Source: an uncultured Acidobacteriaceae bacterium | GTDB taxonomy: Bacteria; Acidobacteriota; Terriglobia; Terriglobales; Acidobacteriaceae | NCBI GenBank assembly: GCA_963834085.1 | Contig: CAWIAJ010000003.1 | Span: 3,834-67,833, forward strand | Reading direction: 5' to 3' | Length of the DNA: 64,000 bases | Shown here: positions 9,557-17,957 of the stretch, piece by piece | Layout of the letters: each line of letters opens with the position of its first letter | Numbering within the stretch: position 1 is the stretch's first letter | Program-made: the position numbers and the translations under genes | The notes under the pieces: generated by a model | What the model saw: only the letters and a program-made list of their open reading frames with translations | Told to the model about the DNA's origin: nothing | Database searches by the model: none

Positions 9557-10090
9557 TTAAGCTCCCAAGTACATTACGTGGACGTAGGTTCCGAGACGGA
9601 CGTTGTAGGCCAGATACCAGCCGATGTGGTCGGGGTCGTCGTAGATGACGATGTCGTCCGAATCCCAAAGCCAGCCATCACAGTAGCCCACATCGTAGGG
9701 AGCGACGGAGAAGTAGAAACCGCCGAACCAGAAGCGGCCCGGGCCTCCTCCTCCGAGATGCCAGATGTGGCCGCGACCGATGCCACCGGTGAAGTGGCCA
9801 TGCTCCCAGGGATGGTCGAGATGATAGTGAACGTCGTCGCGTCCGGTGTCGTGGCCGACCCAGGTTTTGCCGCGGTCGACGTGTGGGGCGTTGGGATGGC
9901 CAGCGCGATCGTCGAAATGCCGGTTTTCTTCCGGTGCGTGCGGAGTTTCGACGTGCGCGGGACCGCGCTTGGGAATGTTGTCGTGGCCACCGACTTCGGG
10001 GTGGCCGGCGGGGGCGTGTGCTTCATGCTGGGCGACGGCTGAGAGAGAAAACCCGAAACAAATCACGAACAATGCAATCAGCTTTTTCAT
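9557..10090 (-). CDS. secreted histidine-rich protein of unknown function
   Basis: 177-aa ORF with a signal peptide ([20 protein letters not shown]). By my count the mature part has about 19 His, concentrated in its first ~95 residues ([16 protein letters not shown]...[13 protein letters not shown]). The tail is rich in Gly, Trp and Tyr. Confidence 0.6.
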   Translation of the reverse strand: MKKLIALFVICFGFSLSAVAQHEAHAPAGHPEVGGHDNIPKRGPAHVETPHAPEENRHFDDRAGHPNAPHVDRGKTWVGHDTGRDDVHYHLDHPWEHGHFTGGIGRGHIWHLGGGGPGRFWFGGFYFSVAPYDVGYCDGWLWDSDDIVIYDDPDHIGWYLAYNVRLGTYVHVMYLGA

Positions 10091-10260
10091 TGGTTGTGAG
10101 CATCCTCCGATAGGGATAACACGGCTTTTCTTTCAATGTTGCTGTGGTGATCCAAGATTGTGGACAGCAAATATTTCTACCATAAGTGATAGTCGTGGCG
10201 TCGATGAAGATGGGCCTTGGCTTACAAGCGCGGAGCGGAGCCCCGCCACCACACGGGCTT

Positions 10261-11502
10261 TTATTCGTAGCGGAGGGCTTCGATGGGGTCGAGGCGGGAG
10301 GCTCGGATGGCGGGGACCATGCCGCTGATTAGTCCGACGGCGGTGAGGATGAGAACCGCGACGACGAGGGTGACGGGATTGATCATGAGGCGGATGTCGC
10401 CTGCTTCGGCGTGTTTGGCCATGGCGCTATAGAGAGTCAAGCGTCCGACGGAGAAGGCGACGACATAGGCGAGGATGATGCCGAGCAGTCCGCCGATGAA
10501 GGTGATGGTGAGGGCTTCGGCGAGGAACTGGAGGAAGATGTGGCGGCGACGGGCGCCGAGAGCTTTTTCGACTCCGATCTCGCGGGTGCGCTGGGTGACG
10601 GAGACGAGCATGATGTTCATCAGGCCGACGCCGCCGATGCCGAGGGTGAGGGTGCCGATGAGGGCAAGCAGGATTTTCAGTCCGAGGGTGATGATCTCGA
10701 ATTGGTGCACTTGCTGCATCAGGTTGAAGACGAAAAGAGCGCGGCGGTCAGTGGGGTTGAACTTGTGCTGCGCCGCCATGATGTAGCGCACGGATTGCTC
10801 GATCCGTTCATAGTCGTTGGTCTCGTAGTTGAACCAGATGGAGTCGAGATAGTGCGTGTCTTTGATGTCACTCATGGTGGTGAATGGCACGTAGATGACG
10901 CGGTTGATGTTGTCGTCTCCGGCTTGCATTTTGGCGGCGAGGACGCCGACGACTTGAAAGCTGATCCCGCCGATGCGAATGTGCTCGCCTAAGGGATTGC
11001 GTCCGGAGAAAAGTTTTTCTCTTGTTTCGGAGCCGATCACGGCGACACGCGCGCGCTGCATCTGGTCTTCGGCGTTGAAAAAGCGGCCTTGGCCGAGGGT
11101 GAGTGCACGAATCAAGAAGGTGTTGGAGTATTCGCCATTCACGCTCATGGTGAAGGAGCGTGCGTCATACTGCACGATGGAATCTTTGTTGACGTTGGGA
11201 GTGATGTGTGTGATCTGCGGAATGTTGGAGGTGAGGAGATCAACGTCGTCAAGGGTGAAGCGGATCTGGGCTCCAGCCTTTTCGCCTCCAGCCTGCATGG
11301 AGGAGCGGCCGGGAACGATGATGAAGAGCTTGGTGCCGAAGTTGGCGAAGATGTTGGCGCAGGCGCGACCAAAGCCGTCTCCATAGGCGAGAAGCATGAC
11401 GACGGTAGCGATGCCCCAGGCCATGCCGAGCATGGTGAGCGCGGTGCGGCGCCGGTTGTGGCGCATCGCGTCGTAGGACTCCTGGAGCAGGTCTTGCAAC
11501 AT
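10261..11502 (-). CDS. ABC transporter permease (MacB periplasmic core domain plus FtsX)
   Basis: 413 aa with an N-terminal TM helix, a large periplasmic domain and a C-terminal FtsX region containing TQRTREIGVEKALGARRRHI. Confidence 0.85.
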   Translation of the reverse strand: MLQDLLQESYDAMRHNRRRTALTMLGMAWGIATVVMLLAYGDGFGRACANIFANFGTKLFIIVPGRSSMQAGGEKAGAQIRFTLDDVDLLTSNIPQITHITPNVNKDSIVQYDARSFTMSVNGEYSNTFLIRALTLGQGRFFNAEDQMQRARVAVIGSETREKLFSGRNPLGEHIRIGGISFQVVGVLAAKMQAGDDNINRVIYVPFTTMSDIKDTHYLDSIWFNYETNDYERIEQSVRYIMAAQHKFNPTDRRALFVFNLMQQVHQFEIITLGLKILLALIGTLTLGIGGVGLMNIMLVSVTQRTREIGVEKALGARRRHIFLQFLAEALTITFIGGLLGIILAYVVAFSVGRLTLYSAMAKHAEAGDIRLMINPVTLVVAVLILTAVGLISGMVPAIRASRLDPIEALRYE

Positions 11503-11517
11503 AAAAAGTATATTGGG

Positions 11518-11600
11518 TAATTTTGTAATCGGGAAATTTCGTAATTTGAAAACTAAAACCGCATGCTACTAGATTGCAAAATTGCCCGATTACCAAATTA
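11518..11600. repeat. imperfect 30-bp inverted repeat filling the spacer between the two permease genes
   Basis: Arms at 11518..11547 and 11571..11600 are complementary at 25 of 30 positions (core TAATCGGG / CCCGATTA). The spacer is 23 nt and the region is AT-rich. Confidence 0.5.
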
Positions 11601-11611
11601 CTAAACCGATT

Positions 11612-12859
11612 TCATTCTTGTCTCAGGGCTTCGACCGGTTCCAGCCGGGCGGCTTTGCGAGCGGGATAAAGTCCGGCGGCCACACCGGCGAGGGTCAAGC
11701 TGGCGATGGCGAGGATTGCGGTTTTGGGGACAAGCCGCGGGGGGTCAAAACCACCGGGACCGTTGTAGTTGCCGAGGAGCGCCATGAATCCGCCGGCGAG
11801 TGCCATGCCGAGCAAGCCGCTGACTAGCGTGAGCAGGATGCCTTCGAAGAAAAAGTGCAACATGATGCTGCGATTGGTCGCGCCGAGAGCTTTGCGAAGA
11901 CCGATTTCGCGGGTGCGTTCGGTGACGGCGATGAGCATGATGTTGACGACGCCAATGGCTCCGAGGGCGAGAGTGACCATGCCGACCGTGCCTAGAAATT
12001 CATCCATGGCGTCGAATATCGTGCCCATCATTTGAGCCTGTTTGACGGTGTCCCACCCTTCGAAGGCATCTTCATCGTGATAATCGAAGTGGTGATTGCG
12101 AGCGATAACGCGATGGGCCTCGTCGAGCGCGAGAAGATGCTCGTCAGCGGTGCGCGGCTGAAAGTTGATGGAGGAGATGGCGTCAAATCCTTCTTCGCCG
12201 GGAAGTGGGAAGTCGCTGCGCATGACCTGAAACGGAATGTAGGCGCGGGTGTTGGTGGAGTTGTCATCGCCGCGGCCAACGCGCTTGAGGGTGCCGATCA
12301 CTTCGAAGCGATGGCCGTTGAGAAGAATGAAGGCGCCGATGGAGGGGCGTCCGGGAAAAAGATTGCGGCGCATTTCATCGCCGAGGACGACGACGTCGCG
12401 CTTCTGAGTTTCATCGAGGTCGTTGAGGTAGCGTCCCTGGAGAATGGGAAGAAAACGGATGCCGTTGTATTGCGGCTCCGCGCCGGTGAGTTGGCCGCTG
12501 GCGCTGGCGAATTCGCTGACGGCATGGACGTCGTTGGTGGCGAGGACGGGAGTGATGGCGCGAATGTGGGGAGACTCTTTGCGGATGTCGAGGTAATCCT
12601 GATAGGTCAGTCGGTATTCGCGAGCCGAGTTGATGCTGCCCTGGACGACGGGCGCGCGGCCGGGAAAGATCATCATGATGTTTTCGCCGTACTCGGAAAG
12701 TCCGCGCTGGTTGCCGCTGCGGAAGCCTTCACCGAGTCCGACGAGGAGGAGCAGGGAACCGACGCCCCAGGCGATGCCGAACATAGTGAGGAACGAGCGG
12801 AGTTTATGCGCCCAGAGGGTGCTGAAGATTTGCGCGAAGACGTCCATCACGATTTGCAT
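11612..12859 (-). CDS. ABC transporter permease (MacB periplasmic core domain plus FtsX), paralog of 10261..11502
   Basis: 415 aa with the same architecture and the motif TERTREIGLRKALGATNRSI. Confidence 0.85.
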   Translation of the reverse strand: MQIVMDVFAQIFSTLWAHKLRSFLTMFGIAWGVGSLLLLVGLGEGFRSGNQRGLSEYGENIMMIFPGRAPVVQGSINSAREYRLTYQDYLDIRKESPHIRAITPVLATNDVHAVSEFASASGQLTGAEPQYNGIRFLPILQGRYLNDLDETQKRDVVVLGDEMRRNLFPGRPSIGAFILLNGHRFEVIGTLKRVGRGDDNSTNTRAYIPFQVMRSDFPLPGEEGFDAISSINFQPRTADEHLLALDEAHRVIARNHHFDYHDEDAFEGWDTVKQAQMMGTIFDAMDEFLGTVGMVTLALGAIGVVNIMLIAVTERTREIGLRKALGATNRSIMLHFFFEGILLTLVSGLLGMALAGGFMALLGNYNGPGGFDPPRLVPKTAILAIASLTLAGVAAGLYPARKAARLEPVEALRQE

Positions 12860-13162
12860 GCGGGAAAGGGCTGGCCGTTGGCTCTTAGCTTTTAGCTCTT
12901 GGCTTGGACCTAATTGTCTTGACTACACGGCTGCACTACGAAATTCAGCACCGGGAGCGAGTTGTCCAGAGGCCTGTTGGTATCTTTATTGGGTGGCGGG
13001 CCCACTTACTCGTCGTTACTAGAATAGCAAGGGGAGCGGGGTGCGGTACACAGGCAAATGAACTGTTGGGTACGTGTTCAGAGGAGAGGGCGGCCGTGCT
13101 GCGCACGGCTTGGACGGGCGAGGTAGACCATCGCCACACTCGCCTGTCTCCACAGGATCTAC

Positions 13163-14440
13163 TTAGCAGGCAAGTTGGTCGCGGGTTAGTTTCAGGCCGG
13201 TCAGGTTGCCGAGGATGGTTACGGCGATCTGATCGGTGCGGAAGAATTCCTCGGCGGTTTGCTGCAGATCTTCAACGGTGACGGCTTCGATGCGTTCGAT
13301 CAACTCGTCGAGACTGAAGAAATGGTCGTAATACATTTCCTGCCGTGCGAGATTGGACATGCGGGCGGTCGATGACTCGAGGGAGAGCATCAGGCTGCCT
13401 TTGAGCTGATCTTTGGAGCGACGCAATTCTTCGTCGGGAACGGGGATGGTTTTCAGGTTGCGAAATTCTCCGACAACGCTCTCGACGACTTTGATGGCGG
13501 ATTCGCGCGAGGTTCCGGCGTAGACGCACATGGAGCCAGTGTCGCGGTAGGGGTTGAGATCGCTGTAGATGGAGTAGGCAAGTCCCTGGCGCTCGCGGAT
13601 GTTTTGGAAGAGGCGCGAGCTCATTCCGCCTCCGAGGAGGGTATTCAGGATGTAGGAGGCATAGCGGCGTTCATGGGCGATGGGATGCGAGGGGACGCCG
13701 ATGCAAATCTGAACCTGCTCGAGGGATTTCTTGTTGCGCAGATTGATGCGCGAAAAAGTCTTGGGCTGCGGGGAGTGAAGGCCATTCTTCGCGGGCTTCA
13801 CGTGCTCGAAATGCTTGGCGACGAGGGCAACGAACTGATCGTGATCGAGGTTTCCTGCAGCGCTGACAACCAGATTTGCCGGAGCGAAGTGGTGTCCATA
13901 GAAGCGGGAGACCACGGGGCGATCAAACCTCTTTACACTTTCGCGGGTGCCGAGGATCGGAAGACCGAGAGCGTGGTCCTTCCAGAAGCTCTGGGTGAAG
14001 ATTTCGTGGACTAGGTAGTCGGGATTGTCCTGATCCATTTTGATTTCTTCGAGGATGACGCCGCGTTCGCGCGCTATGTCGGTGGCATCGAAGACGGGAT
14101 GGAGGACTAGATCGCTCAGGACGTCCATGGCGAGGGGAAGATGTTCGTCTAGCACTTTAATGTTGAAGCAGATGCACTCCTTGGCGGTGAAGGCGTCCAT
14201 GTTGCCGCCGATGGAGTCGACTTGGCGGGCGATGGCTTCGGCGGAGCGGGTTTCGGTTCCTTTGAAGACCATGTGCTCGATGAAGTGAGAGATGCCGTTC
14301 CACTCGGAATCTTCGTCGCGCGAGCCAGTTTTGAGCCAGATGCCGATTGCGACCGAGCGAATGTGAGACATCTGCTCGGTAATGACGGTGAGGCCGTTGG
14401 GCAACACCTGTTTACGGATACTGCGAGTTTCTTTAGCCAT
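13163..14440 (-). CDS. M16 family (pitrilysin/insulinase-like) zinc peptidase
   Basis: The inverted zinc motif HFIEHMVFKGT (HxxEH) lies near the N-terminus. The protein is 425 aa. Confidence 0.85.
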   Translation of the reverse strand: MAKETRSIRKQVLPNGLTVITEQMSHIRSVAIGIWLKTGSRDEDSEWNGISHFIEHMVFKGTETRSAEAIARQVDSIGGNMDAFTAKECICFNIKVLDEHLPLAMDVLSDLVLHPVFDATDIARERGVILEEIKMDQDNPDYLVHEIFTQSFWKDHALGLPILGTRESVKRFDRPVVSRFYGHHFAPANLVVSAAGNLDHDQFVALVAKHFEHVKPAKNGLHSPQPKTFSRINLRNKKSLEQVQICIGVPSHPIAHERRYASYILNTLLGGGMSSRLFQNIRERQGLAYSIYSDLNPYRDTGSMCVYAGTSRESAIKVVESVVGEFRNLKTIPVPDEELRRSKDQLKGSLMLSLESSTARMSNLARQEMYYDHFFSLDELIERIEAVTVEDLQQTAEEFFRTDQIAVTILGNLTGLKLTRDQLAC

Positions 14441-14703
14441 GAGTGCGTTACCATTTCCTCTTATGAAAGTGGCGATTGCTGTGTACGATGAAATTTCCAG
14501 CTATGAAAACATGACCGACGAATATGAATTCCCAGGGCGGGGTGCTATTACTATTCTCCCATAAAATCAAACGCCGCGACGGTAACTAGATTAATAGCGT
14601 ATTTTGTTATGTTTACATGGATTTCTTAAATGAAATTTGCAAAGAAATAATCGTCTTCGCCCGGTTCGGAAGAGTCTAAAGAGGTAATCGATCCACAGGG
14701 AAA

Positions 14704-15843
14704 ATGGAAAATCTGTCTTCCAAACCGTTGTTGGGACTGAACCTGCAGGAACTCGCGGACCTCGCGGCTGCCACCGGACAACCTGCATATCGCGGGCAGC
14801 AATTATTTGATGCGATTTACCGGCAAAAGATTGAGGGGCTGGATGAGGTTTCTACTCTGCCCAGGGAGTATCGGGTTCAGTTGGCCGCGAAGGGTTGGAC
14901 AGTGGGGCTGCCGGCGATTGAGCGGAAGTTTGTGTCCACCGATGGAACGGTGCGGTATCTGATTGAACTGGCCGACGGCGAAACGGTGGAGACGGTATGG
15001 ATGCCGGACGGGGATGGCGGGGAGGGCGGCGACGGGAGCGAAGCGGGAGACGAGGTTGAAGGAGCGGCGGATCCGGCGAGGCAGGTGGGATGGCGGCGGG
15101 CGACGATTTGTGTGTCGAGCCAGGTGGGATGCGCGGTGAATTGCAAGTTTTGCTTTACGGCGCTGCTGGGGGTGAAGCGAAATTTGAGCGCGGGAGAGAT
15201 CGTGGGGCAGATTGCGGCTGTGCTGCGGGATCAAGGAGTGCAGCCTCCGTTGCAGCGAGTGAATCTCGTCTTCATGGGGATGGGCGAGCCGTTCTTGAAC
15301 TATGACAATTTCATGAAGTCGGTGCTGCTGCTGGGGGATGGCGTGGGGATTCCCGAGGCGCGGATGACGGTATCAACGGCGGGAATTATTCCGCGGATCT
15401 ACGATTTTGGGCAAGAGGCAGTGCGTCCCAAGCTGGCGATTTCGCTGAACGGGTCGAATGACAAGCTGCGCAGCGAAGTGATGCCGTTGAACCGGAAGTG
15501 GAATTTAGCGGAGTTGATGAAGGCGGCGCGGGAGTTTCCGCTGCGCGCGCGGGAACGGTTGACATTTGAGTACGTGCTGCTGGCCGGGGTGAATGATGCG
15601 GCGGAGCAGGCGCGCGAGGTTGCGGAACTCGTGCGGGGAATCCGGGCGAAAGTGAATTTGATCGCGTTGAATCCAGGGACGGAGCTGCCGTATCGAACTC
15701 CGGAACAAGAACGGGTGCTGGCGTTCCAACGGATTCTGATGGGAGCAGGGGTACCGACATTTGTCAGGAGGCCGCGCGGGCGGGATATTTTTGCGGCGTG
15801 TGGACAATTGAAGCGGACGACGCTGGTGGAATTGACGTCGTGA
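14704..15843 (+). CDS. rlmN: 23S rRNA (adenine2503-C2)-methyltransferase, radical SAM
   Basis: The radical-SAM cluster VSSQVGCAVNCKFCFT is present, along with GMGEPFLNYDN and a C-terminal IFAACGQL. It carries an unusual acidic insertion, described in the findings. Confidence 0.9.
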   Translation: MENLSSKPLLGLNLQELADLAAATGQPAYRGQQLFDAIYRQKIEGLDEVSTLPREYRVQLAAKGWTVGLPAIERKFVSTDGTVRYLIELADGETVETVWMPDGDGGEGGDGSEAGDEVEGAADPARQVGWRRATICVSSQVGCAVNCKFCFTALLGVKRNLSAGEIVGQIAAVLRDQGVQPPLQRVNLVFMGMGEPFLNYDNFMKSVLLLGDGVGIPEARMTVSTAGIIPRIYDFGQEAVRPKLAISLNGSNDKLRSEVMPLNRKWNLAELMKAAREFPLRARERLTFEYVLLAGVNDAAEQAREVAELVRGIRAKVNLIALNPGTELPYRTPEQERVLAFQRILMGAGVPTFVRRPRGRDIFAACGQLKRTTLVELTS

Positions 15844-15976
15844 ACGATGCCGGCACCGCAGTCTACACACTGACACGCAGCGCTTGCAAGACCCAGGTTA
15901 GTGCCCTGAAGAACGGGAACGAACCTGGGGTACCAATCTTTCAGGCTTGCGCCGCGAACAAGGAATCGAAAAGCGC

Positions 15977-17782
15977 CTAGGTGCCGCTGCGAGCGGTGCG
16001 GTGGGAGGCGTTGAATCCGGGGCGAGCGATGACGCTGCTGGCGAGTTGAAGTTCCATGCGGAAGGCGGGGCGGACGAAAGAGGAGGTTTGCAAAAGACGT
16101 CCGCCATGTTCGTCGACGATGCGGCAGCAGGCGCTGAGGGAGAGGGTGGAGGGTTTGTTCTCGCCTCCGGAGTTTAACAGCGATGGAAACAAGAGGGCGG
16201 GGGCGGCAGGATCGTTGCCGTCGCCGGCGGAGTCGTTGGAAGAGAAGTCGACGAAAACGAGTTTGTCTTGCGTGTGAGTACGGACAAAGAGAGCAGAACG
16301 AATTTCGCGATCGAGATGACCGCTAATCTGGGATGCGAGATGCATGCAGACGTGAAGAATCTGGTTGGAGTCGGCGAGAACGAGCGGAAGCGACGGGGTG
16401 AGACTGAGACGGATGGTACAGGACTCGGCTTCGAGTTGGGGAGCCAGCAGGCGCACGGCGGTTTGCAGGACGGAGTTGATGTCGACGGGCGCAAGATTGG
16501 CCGGAGCCTGACGGGCGAAGGTCAGCAAACTGGCGACGAGGGTAGTGGTGCGGCGAACTTGCTCGCTGATTTGTGCGGCCTGGAATTGTTCTTCGGGCTG
16601 CAACTCGGAGGCGCTGAGTAGTTCTGAATATCCGAGCATGGCGGTTAAAGGATTATTGATCTCGTGGGCGGCTCCGCCCACTAACTGTCCAAGAGAGGCC
16701 AATTTTTCAGATTGGATGAGTTTTTCCTGTAGAGCTTTGAGGTCGTCAAACGAGCGGCGTGATTTTTCGAGGAAGAGAGATAACTCGTCGCGGAGCAGGC
16801 GCTGGCGCCAGAAAACTATAACGCCCATCACGACCATCGCCAGCAGGCTTACAGTGATCCGGAAGGCTTTGACGGACGGTGGAAGGGACGGATCGAGTTC
16901 GGATCGAAGGGCAGTCCAGAGCAGGCTGAAGAGGGCGAGCATGCTGAGACGGGTGATCCACACGCCGAGCAAGGGCTGCGAAGGTTTGGAGTCGGAAAGA
17001 TCGAGGCGCGAGGCGAGCAAGGGAACGAGTGCGATCCAAGCCATAGAGATGGCGAGGGGGATGTCATAGATGCTGCCGCTGTAGTACATCTTGCGACCGA
17101 TAGCCCAGTTGGCAACGTAGGAACTGGAGGCGTAAAGGGCGCTGGCGCCGAGCAACTGCCCGTAAAGCTGGCGCCATCCGCCGTGAGCTGTGTAGGCGAG
17201 GATGGCGAGAGCTATCAGCAGGACGAGTTTCTCAGTGAGGTAGGTGAGATTGAAATTCGTGTTGTAGATGGCTCCGTCGACGTGCACGGTCTGCCAGGGG
17301 ATCACGGCGTAGACGTAGATGAAGACCCACCAGGTAAGGAGCAGGGCAAAATCGAGCATGCGGATGCGTTCGTCGCGTTCGTCTTCGCGGAGATGCGGAA
17401 GGACGGCGAGAGCGGCCATCATGGGCACGAGATGCAGGAATAAAACGATGTCGCCGAGAAAGGGATCGGGAACATCGACACGCTTGAAGACTTCGAAGTA
17501 ATTCCACATTCCCTGATAAGTGAGCCAGAAGAACATACCGACGCTCATGAGGATCCAGAAGAGCCGGGTGTGGAGACTGGGACTGCGGGAACGGGAGATG
17601 TTGGGGAGGAAGGAAGCGGTGGCGACGATAAGCAGGCTTCCCTGGATGAGGTCGTTGGCGATGGTAAGGGCGGTTCCCCGGGACATGACCAGAGCGACAG
17701 CGACCTGGGCTAAAACCAGGGTGACCAAAAGATAGACCAAGATTTTGGTGCGTCCGCCCAAGGCAAGTAACTCCCGAACCAT
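15977..17782 (-). CDS. membrane sensor histidine-kinase-like protein with a degenerate ATP-binding domain
   Basis: It has a multi-TM N-terminal region and an intact H-box (GGAAHEINNPLTAMLGYSELL). The start is placed at ATG 17782 (MVRELLALGG...). The track start at 18088 would overlap the divergent kinase gene and adds Arg-rich sequence. Confidence 0.7.
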   Translation of the reverse strand: MVRELLALGGRTKILVYLLVTLVLAQVAVALVMSRGTALTIANDLIQGSLLIVATASFLPNISRSRSPSLHTRLFWILMSVGMFFWLTYQGMWNYFEVFKRVDVPDPFLGDIVLFLHLVPMMAALAVLPHLREDERDERIRMLDFALLLTWWVFIYVYAVIPWQTVHVDGAIYNTNFNLTYLTEKLVLLIALAILAYTAHGGWRQLYGQLLGASALYASSSYVANWAIGRKMYYSGSIYDIPLAISMAWIALVPLLASRLDLSDSKPSQPLLGVWITRLSMLALFSLLWTALRSELDPSLPPSVKAFRITVSLLAMVVMGVIVFWRQRLLRDELSLFLEKSRRSFDDLKALQEKLIQSEKLASLGQLVGGAAHEINNPLTAMLGYSELLSASELQPEEQFQAAQISEQVRRTTTLVASLLTFARQAPANLAPVDINSVLQTAVRLLAPQLEAESCTIRLSLTPSLPLVLADSNQILHVCMHLASQISGHLDREIRSALFVRTHTQDKLVFVDFSSNDSAGDGNDPAAPALLFPSLLNSGGENKPSTLSLSACCRIVDEHGGRLLQTSSFVRPAFRMELQLASSVIARPGFNASHRTARSGT

Positions 17783-17957
17783 TCTAGACTGCGTCCAGAA
17801 AGGAGGCCTGGTTACTTCAGTAACCAATGCGGTGCGAAACTGGGAAACGGAAGTCAAATCGAGAAGCGGATGGAGTTTAACTGGGATTCCCTTTAGAATG
17901 AGGCACTCTACTTTGTAAGGCAAGTTTGTAAGGCGAACGCTAACGGCGAGATAGACA

